The notes beneath the pieces were generated by a model. That model ran no database searches and was not told where the DNA came from. It saw only the letters and a program-made list of their open reading frames with translations. A stretch of DNA of 13,442 nucleotides. It comes from Calditrichaceae bacterium. GTDB lineage: Bacteria > Calditrichota > Calditrichia > Calditrichales > JBFXGD01. The stretch is taken from contig JBFXGD010000092.1 of NCBI GenBank assembly GCA_050178385.1, positions 1-13,442 of the forward strand, in the 5' to 3' direction. A program made the translations under genes and the position numbers. How positions within the stretch are numbered: the stretch's first letter is position 1; each line of letters opens with the position of its first letter. This document shows positions 7,236-13,442 of this stretch, piece after piece.

Positions 7236-8426
7236 ATGAACCGGATCATTTTACATGTGGATATGGATGCCTTTTTTGCGGCCATAGAACAAAGAAACAA
7301 TCCCGAATATATGGGAAAACCTTTGATCGTAGGGGCTGATCCAAAGGACGGGAAAGGCAGGGGCGTGGTTTCGACATGTTCCTACGAGGCGAGAAAATTC
7401 GGTGTTCATTCCGCCATGCCCATTTCTCGCGCATATAAATTATGTCCCCATGGGATTTATGTATATCCGAATGGCAAGCTATACAGCCAGGTGAGCAGGG
7501 AAATGTTTTCGGTATTTTACGAATTCTCCGATCTGGTGGAACCGCTTTCGATTGATGAAGCGTTTATCGATGTAACCGGCAGTATCAGGTTGTTTGGCGA
7601 TGGGCCTTCCATTGGTGAAAAACTAAAGCGGCGAATTTATGAAAAAGTAAATCTGACGGCTTCGGTTGGTATCGCTCCTAATAAATTTTTGGCAAAAATC
7701 GCGTCCGATTTAAAGAAACCGGACGGTCTTGTGGTCGTTAAGGAGGGAGAAATTGATTCTTTCCTCGCCCCGCTTGATATCTCGCGTTTGTGGGGAGCAG
7801 GAGAAAAAACGGTTCAGATCTTCAGAAAGATGGGGATTAATACGGTTGGAGAACTTGCCGGATTTCCAAAAGACATTCTTATCAAAAAATTTGGCAAAGC
7901 GGGTCAACATTTTTATAACCTGGCCCATGGAATAGACAACCGGCCTGTTTATAATGCGACAGAAGCAAAATCCGTCAGTAACGAGAACACATTTAATGAT
8001 GATGTCTCTGATACGGAAATCATTTATAAAACACTGCTGTGGTTATCAGAAAAAGTAGCTTACCGTCTAAGACAGAGCAATCTCAAGGGCAAAACAATTC
8101 ATTTAAAATTAAGATATGATAATTTTGAAACGATATCCAGAGATAAGACCATACCCGGATATGTTTCAAATACGGAGACGCTGTATAAAAAAATTATCGA
8201 ATTGTTTGATAAGAATTATCAGAAAGGCCGTAAAATAAGGCTGGTCGGAGTCGGGGTCAGCGGATTTGACAGACAACTTGGTGAACAGATTTCTCTGTTC
8301 GACGCCGGCCGATCCCAAAAAAGCAGAAAACTGGATGAACTGGAAGACTTGCTGATTGACCGGTTCGGAAAGGAAGTTATCAGCCGCGCGGAATCAATGA
8401 AGACAAAACCGCCAAAATCATCCTGA
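7236..8426 (+). CDS. dinB: Y-family DNA polymerase IV (DinB-like)
   Basis: ILHVDMDAFFAAIE, RGVVSTCSYEARKFGVHSAMP, catalytic SIDEAFID, SVGIAPNKFLAKIASDLKKPDG, little-finger IRLVGVGVSGF and clamp-binding-like QISLF (8286-8300). Confidence 0.96.
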   Translation: MNRIILHVDMDAFFAAIEQRNNPEYMGKPLIVGADPKDGKGRGVVSTCSYEARKFGVHSAMPISRAYKLCPHGIYVYPNGKLYSQVSREMFSVFYEFSDLVEPLSIDEAFIDVTGSIRLFGDGPSIGEKLKRRIYEKVNLTASVGIAPNKFLAKIASDLKKPDGLVVVKEGEIDSFLAPLDISRLWGAGEKTVQIFRKMGINTVGELAGFPKDILIKKFGKAGQHFYNLAHGIDNRPVYNATEAKSVSNENTFNDDVSDTEIIYKTLLWLSEKVAYRLRQSNLKGKTIHLKLRYDNFETISRDKTIPGYVSNTETLYKKIIELFDKNYQKGRKIRLVGVGVSGFDRQLGEQISLFDAGRSQKSRKLDELEDLLIDRFGKEVISRAESMKTKPPKSS

Positions 8427-8455
8427 TAAGCTACTTATAATAGTTCGGAGAAATC

Positions 8456-11443
8456 ATGAGCGTTCGCCAAATTTATCTGTTCATGTTTATTCTTGTTGTT
8501 TTTATGTCTCAATCAGGGATATTTGCTTCCACAAAACATCATGAAAAATATTTTCAGCAATATGTAAATTATACCATAAACGCGAAACTCGATCCTTTTT
8601 TGCATCGTGTCGATGCCAATCAGGAACTGCTTTACACAAATCATTCCCCGGATACCCTCAAGATCATCTATTTTCATCTTTATATGAATAAATACAAAGC
8701 CGGCGCGCTGACAGAAGACGGAATAAGGAAAAACACCGTTGGATCAATGGAAATTTTTGGTATTAAGGAAAATGATTCAACTCAGACAAATTATGAAATA
8801 GACCGCACTCTAATGAAGGTCACACTGCGAGATCCCTTACCGCCGGAATATTCTGTCCGTTTTAAACTGAAATTTGCCGCTAAACTGCCCCCTGCATCGG
8901 GGAGATACGGATATTACGGCGAGCATTATGATGTAGGCAATTGGTTTCCCGTGCCGGTTGTGTATGACAGGGCAGGGTGGCACCTGCATCAGCATATCGA
9001 TAATGAATTTTATCAGGAGTGGGGGGATTTCCGTGTGAATTTGCGTGTTCCGAAAGGATATATTGTCGGGGCGACAGGCAATCTGCTTAATCCCGGTACC
9101 GCGCTTAAGGATACCACATGGGAGGTCCGGGACTGGTTTAAGCACAATATTGATGACACGACGACGACTCTCTGGCAATTTGAAGCGCAACAGGTACACG
9201 ATTTTGCCTGGACCGCCGACCCTGATTACGTCTTGTATCAGACAACATTCGACGGAATAACCCTGAATGTGCTGGCAATGGATTATAACGCGGAAGGATG
9301 GCGGCAGATCACGGAATGGGGACCGCGGGCCATGAGATTTCTAGTTGAAAATTTTGGAGAATATCCTTACCGGCAGATGACGGTCGCGGATACCTATATT
9401 GCATCCGGAGGCATGGAATACCCGAATATCGTTTTTATTAACACTTATATTCAGCCCGAATATGCTTTGACGCATTTCAGGGCAGTTATTATTCATGAAA
9501 TCGCCCATAACTGGTTCTATGGGCTTCTGGGCAGCAACCAGACCGAATATGAGTGGCTCGATGAGGGATTTACAAGCTATGCTGAAATTATGGGTATGGA
9601 AGCGTTGTTCGGTACACGGGACAATTACTCCTATAATCGAAACGACTGGTTCAGCCGATATTTTGGGTTTGAAATCGATATTCGGCAGAGCAGTATGCTC
9701 AACTATCTGGAATGGGCCAGGGCGGGTGAAGAAACCGATCCGATCAATACCTTCCCTGATCAATTCAGAAACGGGATTTATATTTCTCAGTATGATAAGA
9801 TGGCCAATGTTTTAATGATGCTGAAAAGCGTATTGGGGGACTCTGTTTTTGAAGCAGGACTCAAAAACTATTACAACGAATGGCGTTTCAAACATCCCTA
9901 TCCCGATGACTTTATATCGGTTATGGAGAAAACGGCTAACCATGATCTGGACTGGTTTTTTGATCAGTGGCTCAACAGTACAAGACAACTGGAATATGGG
10001 GTGGGATCGATTCATTCACAGAAAAATAAAAGTGGCTACCACACAGTTGTCACACTTATTAATCACGGTGACATCGCCATGCCGGTCGATCTGGATATCC
10101 ATTTAAAAAACGGGCAAATTATAAAATACCATATTCCCGTTGATGAATCACACAAACCAGATAAGAGCAGGATAACTCTGCCGTCGTGGCATTTCAGCCA
10201 AAAGAATTATTCCGTGAATCTGAATTCGCCTCATGAAGCGGATTTCGCGGTCATCGATCCGTCGGGCGCGATGCTGGATATAAACAGGCTCAATAACCGC
10301 AGCGGTCTCCTGCCGCCCATGGATTTTGTATTCATGAAAAGTCAATCCCTGGCGCCTCCTGTTGACGCCTATCTCTGGGAAGGATGGCCTCTCGTTTTTT
10401 ACAATGATTATGATCATCTGAAATTAGGCTTCAAATTCAACGGATCCTATCTGAACATAAATCATAAAATAGACGCTCAATTCTGGTACAAAACTGCCTA
10501 CGGGAATGTGGATTTTGATTTGAAGTACCGGAACCCGGTGGATTGGATGGGCCTGCATACCAATATGGAGCTGGGAATTTTTACACTGGACGGCCGTGAA
10601 GGATTAAAGTTTGGACTAAATAAGCGAAACAATTCAGGGGATCGTGGACCGGTATTCAGGTATGGCACGGGGATTATGGCTTATAGAATGTACGGAGATC
10701 AGTATCTGATGAGCGATTGGGATAGGGGAGATATCTACCTGACTTATCTCTCAATGAACAGAGAAGAAATATCATCCGCCAACAGAAAAATCTCGGATTT
10801 TAATGTGCTCTTTAAAAATTCGGTCGGCGGGAGCGATTATCAGTTTGGGCTCGCAGAAATTAATTATACCCGCTCATTTTATTTTTCTTATGATGAGCAT
10901 GAAATAAAATTCAGGTTTAAAGGCGGCTTTGGAGAAGGGGATATCCCCTCACAGCATAAATTCGCTCTGAGCGGTTCAAACGGATGGCAGGAATTTCAGG
11001 ATCCATATTACCGGAGTAAGGGTAGCCTCCCTTATCCGTGGAGAAGAAACGGGCATCTGTATCGGGATAACGGGGCGCTTGTGAGAGGCTATTCATTATA
11101 TCTTTCGGATACGCCGCAACTGGGGGATAACGCATTGATTTCGAGTGTGGATTATTATTTCCCAAATCCTATCAGTTTATTCCGGATACCTGTTTTAAGA
11201 GATTTAGAGACAGCCGTATTTGCCGATATCGGTCAGGTTTGGTCTGAATCTTTGCCCGGGTATGATGATTTTAGAAAAAGCGCGGGTTTCAGTCTTTTGT
11301 TCGACAGGTTAAAAGATTTGAAAATGATCTTTAAGATTAAGAAAATCCAGGCTGATTTTCCGCTATGGATGAGTCATGTTCCCGGTAATGACGAACATTT
11401 TGCCGGGAGATGGCTTATCAATTTTGAATTCAGCTTAGATTAA
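8456..11443 (+). CDS. Secreted M1-family zinc aminopeptidase with a C-terminal putative Omp85-like beta-barrel
   Basis: SD GGAG (8447-8450) and a hydrophobic signal peptide. GGMEY exopeptidase motif (9407-9421), HEIAH (9494-9508) plus E exactly 18 residues later in WLDEGF (9563-9565), YDK, WRFKHPYP and WFFDQW. The C-terminal ~350 aa have VRGY, FADIG and RKSAG motifs. The M1 call is strong; the barrel call is inference. Confidence 0.92.
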   Translation: MSVRQIYLFMFILVVFMSQSGIFASTKHHEKYFQQYVNYTINAKLDPFLHRVDANQELLYTNHSPDTLKIIYFHLYMNKYKAGALTEDGIRKNTVGSMEIFGIKENDSTQTNYEIDRTLMKVTLRDPLPPEYSVRFKLKFAAKLPPASGRYGYYGEHYDVGNWFPVPVVYDRAGWHLHQHIDNEFYQEWGDFRVNLRVPKGYIVGATGNLLNPGTALKDTTWEVRDWFKHNIDDTTTTLWQFEAQQVHDFAWTADPDYVLYQTTFDGITLNVLAMDYNAEGWRQITEWGPRAMRFLVENFGEYPYRQMTVADTYIASGGMEYPNIVFINTYIQPEYALTHFRAVIIHEIAHNWFYGLLGSNQTEYEWLDEGFTSYAEIMGMEALFGTRDNYSYNRNDWFSRYFGFEIDIRQSSMLNYLEWARAGEETDPINTFPDQFRNGIYISQYDKMANVLMMLKSVLGDSVFEAGLKNYYNEWRFKHPYPDDFISVMEKTANHDLDWFFDQWLNSTRQLEYGVGSIHSQKNKSGYHTVVTLINHGDIAMPVDLDIHLKNGQIIKYHIPVDESHKPDKSRITLPSWHFSQKNYSVNLNSPHEADFAVIDPSGAMLDINRLNNRSGLLPPMDFVFMKSQSLAPPVDAYLWEGWPLVFYNDYDHLKLGFKFNGSYLNINHKIDAQFWYKTAYGNVDFDLKYRNPVDWMGLHTNMELGIFTLDGREGLKFGLNKRNNSGDRGPVFRYGTGIMAYRMYGDQYLMSDWDRGDIYLTYLSMNREEISSANRKISDFNVLFKNSVGGSDYQFGLAEINYTRSFYFSYDEHEIKFRFKGGFGEGDIPSQHKFALSGSNGWQEFQDPYYRSKGSLPYPWRRNGHLYRDNGALVRGYSLYLSDTPQLGDNALISSVDYYFPNPISLFRIPVLRDLETAVFADIGQVWSESLPGYDDFRKSAGFSLLFDRLKDLKMIFKIKKIQADFPLWMSHVPGNDEHFAGRWLINFEFSLD

Positions 11444-11486
11444 TATCCCCGGTTTTAGGAAATGGACGGCTGCTTTTATAAAAAAC

Positions 11487-12437
11487 TTAGGGATTTAAAT
11501 TTTTTAACAGCATATTTATGGGTTTTGAATTCTGCATAATATAAAAATGAACAGCCGGTACCTTTTTATTCATCAGTTCCTCAACTTGTCTGGCGGTCCA
11601 TTCGACACCAATTTCAAGAACATGTTCGCTCTTGGCTTCCATGATCTGATCGGTTAACTCTGAAGGAAGATTGACATAGAAATTTCTCGGTAATGAACTG
11701 AGATTATTTTTAGATGTGACTATTTTAAGTCCGGGGATTATGGGAACCGTGATTCCGGCGGCACGGCATCTGTCGACAAAATCAAAATATGCTTTATTGT
11801 CGAAGAACATCTGAGTCACTATGTACTCCGCGCCGGCTTCAATTTTTTCTTTTAAAAAACGGATATCCGTATCCAGATTTGGCGCCTCAAAGTGTTTTTC
11901 CGGGTATCCGCCGACACCGATACAAAAGTTTGAAGCGCGGGCGTCAAGAAGATTTTCTTCCAGGTACTTTCCGTCATTCATATCATTTACCTGGCGGACC
12001 AGATCCACGGCATAATTATTGGATGTGCGGCCGTTTAGGAGCGGTTTTTTATATGTAGTCTCATCCCCGCGGATTGCAAGGATATTTTCAATTTCCAGAT
12101 ATTGAAGATCTATTAAAAAATCTTCTGTTTCTTCCCTGGTAAATCCGTTACATAATATATGCGGGACGGCGTCAATATTATATTTTTTCTGAATCAGAGC
12201 GCAAATACCGAGAGTGCCGGGCCGTTTTCTTTTGACCTTTCGCTTGATGCTATCGGGGGTCTCTTCGTAAATAACCTCCGCCGCATGGCTGGTGATATCT
12301 ATAAACGGAGGCTGATGTTTTGCAAGATCATCCACCAGGGACAGCAGACTTTTAATGTCGCCGCCGCGTTTTGGCGGTATAATTTCAAAACTGATCAGGG
12401 TATTATTTGCTTTAGCTAAATGTTCTGTAACCTTCAT
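11487..12437 (-). CDS. metF: 5,10-methylenetetrahydrofolate reductase
   Basis: ISFEIIPPK, PPFIDIT, VPHILC, NILAIRGD, GVGGYPEKH, AEYIVTQMFFDN, VPIIPGLK and VHFYIM; 316 aa. Confidence 0.96.
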   Translation of the reverse strand: MKVTEHLAKANNTLISFEIIPPKRGGDIKSLLSLVDDLAKHQPPFIDITSHAAEVIYEETPDSIKRKVKRKRPGTLGICALIQKKYNIDAVPHILCNGFTREETEDFLIDLQYLEIENILAIRGDETTYKKPLLNGRTSNNYAVDLVRQVNDMNDGKYLEENLLDARASNFCIGVGGYPEKHFEAPNLDTDIRFLKEKIEAGAEYIVTQMFFDNKAYFDFVDRCRAAGITVPIIPGLKIVTSKNNLSSLPRNFYVNLPSELTDQIMEAKSEHVLEIGVEWTARQVEELMNKKVPAVHFYIMQNSKPINMLLKNLNP

Positions 12438-12533
12438 GAATCAATTCTCTGAAATAAATTTATAAGGGCGAATATAATCAAAACAGTTTGTTTTTTCTAA
12501 TTATTTTCAATGAAACCAACATTTTGCGTAGGA

Positions 12534-13169
12534 TCAGGCGGAATTTTTACGGGAAAATTTATTCTCCGTTCCATCTATTAAACGCCGAATATTTGATCTG
12601 TGCGTGAATATGATCAATGCTGCAGCAAAAAAACTGAAATAATACAGCGAATCCGGAACTTCATTGAGCAAACCGAAGCGGAAAACAGATAAAACAATTG
12701 GCAAGGTCACCGCTCCGGCCATGGAGCTGACAGAGACAATTCGTGTCAGCAAAAACGTTAAAATAAACACGATAAAGCAGATCAGAAGGCTAAGCGGATA
12801 GAGAGCAAGAAGCATTCCGGCAGCGGTACCGACACCTTTACCACCCCGAAATCCAGCGAACACCGTCCAGATGTGACCCGCGATGGCCGCAAATCCGGCC
12901 GCGAGCCGCATTGTTTCTTCCGGGAAGCCGGCAAAACCGAAAGCGATCCCGGAAATCCAGAATGTCGCGGCAAAACCTTTAAAAACATCAAATAAAGATA
13001 CGAAAACTCCTGCTTTCCAGCCCAGAACGCGGAAAACATTTGTACCGCCGGCGTTTCCGCTTCCGTGTTCGCGTATATCAATACCCCGCAGTACTTTTCC
13101 GGTGATGATACTGCTGGGGATTGAGCCTGCAAGATAGGACAATAAAAGCATCAGTAAAAATAGATACAT
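12534..13169 (-). CDS. plsY: Acyl-phosphate:glycerol-3-phosphate O-acyltransferase PlsY
   Basis: YLAGSIP, DIREHGSGNAGGTNVFR, DVFKG, GHIWTVFAGFRGGKGVGT and HRSNIRRL; multi-TM, 211 aa. SD AAAGGAG (13173-13179, - strand). Confidence 0.97.
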   Translation of the reverse strand: MYLFLLMLLLSYLAGSIPSSIITGKVLRGIDIREHGSGNAGGTNVFRVLGWKAGVFVSLFDVFKGFAATFWISGIAFGFAGFPEETMRLAAGFAAIAGHIWTVFAGFRGGKGVGTAAGMLLALYPLSLLICFIVFILTFLLTRIVSVSSMAGAVTLPIVLSVFRFGLLNEVPDSLYYFSFFAAALIIFTHRSNIRRLIDGTENKFSRKNSA

Positions 13170-13197
13170 ATACTCCTTTCAATATGTCCGGATATTA

Positions 13198-13442
13198 TCA
13201 TCGGTCGCCCAGAACAGCAATGGCCGCGCTTCCCGGGCCGGCATGTACACCAAGGGCAGGGGAAGCGTCCATGATATGAATCTCCGCCTCACTAAAGATT
13301 TTGAGCAGTTCATCCCGGTACCACTCCGCCTTTTCCCTGGCTAAAACATGAGCAACGCTGAATCGTGGATTTTTTACGGACTCAGCAAATTCAATTGCCA
13401 GTCTGAGAGTTTTTCTGAAAACCCGTTTTTGTCCGATAACCT
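13198..13442 (-). CDS. DegV/FakB-family fatty-acid-binding protein, C-terminal 80 aa (5' end outside the window)
   Basis: Hand translation from 13440: VIGQKRVFRKTLRLAIEFAESVKNPRFSVAHVLAREKAEWYRDELLKIFSEAEIHIMDASPALGVHAGPGSAAIAVLGDR, then TGA TAA. SVAH and SPALGVHAGPG match the DegV C-terminal signature. Not in the supplied ORF track. Confidence 0.9.
   Translation of the reverse strand, partial: VIGQKRVFRKTLRLAIEFAESVKNPRFSVAHVLAREKAEWYRDELLKIFSEAEIHIMDASPALGVHAGPGSAAIAVLGDR

Noticed and set aside
7027..7300. Short ORFs 7027-7227 (+) and 7106-7300 (-) spanning the DUF4412-like/dinB gap
   Set aside because: They cross a clear terminator hairpin and overlap neighbouring genes; no similarity to UmuD, YolD or ImuA that I can recognise.
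7236..8426. dinB as part of an imuABC/umuDC mutagenesis cassette or a mobile element
   Set aside because: Catalytic residues are intact (so not ImuB), and the neighbours are not imuA, dnaE2, umuD or an integrase.
11444..11486. Possible bidirectional terminator between the convergent M1 and metF genes
   Set aside because: Only very short stems and an AT palindrome (TTTTATAAAA) are present; no convincing GC-rich hairpin.
8837..13137. Shadow ORFs within the M1 peptidase gene, metF and plsY (e.g. 9341-9763, 9495-9815, 11789-12058, 12782-13132)
   Set aside because: Nested in conserved genes with no protein-family features.

Overview
Gene-dense bacterial chromosomal window of mostly housekeeping genes. 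Left block (+): purF (5'-truncated), UbiA-family prenyltransferase, ftsY, rimO and a GWxTD-domain secreted protein, tightly packed with two ATGA overlaps. rpmB (L28, - strand) converges on that block. A ~370 bp AT-rich divergent region follows, then (+) a secreted DUF4412-like protein, dinB (Pol IV) and a 995 aa M1 aminopeptidase whose C-terminal ~350 aa carry Omp85-type beta-barrel motifs. Right block (-): DegV/FakB-family gene (truncated, absent from the ORF track), plsY and metF. Gene content (GWxTD, putative outer-membrane barrel, this MetF type) plus clear Shine-Dalgarno use suggests a diderm FCB-related lineage such as Calditrichota/KSB1/Ignavibacteriota; this is inference only. I saw no rRNA, tRNA, CRISPR array, transposase, phage or defence gene. 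The best novelty candidate is the M1 peptidase-Omp85 barrel fusion (possible type Vd-like self-anchored surface protease), followed by the degV-plsY coupling and the RecA-NT-like tail on DinB. All family calls come from motif recognition by eye, not database searches.
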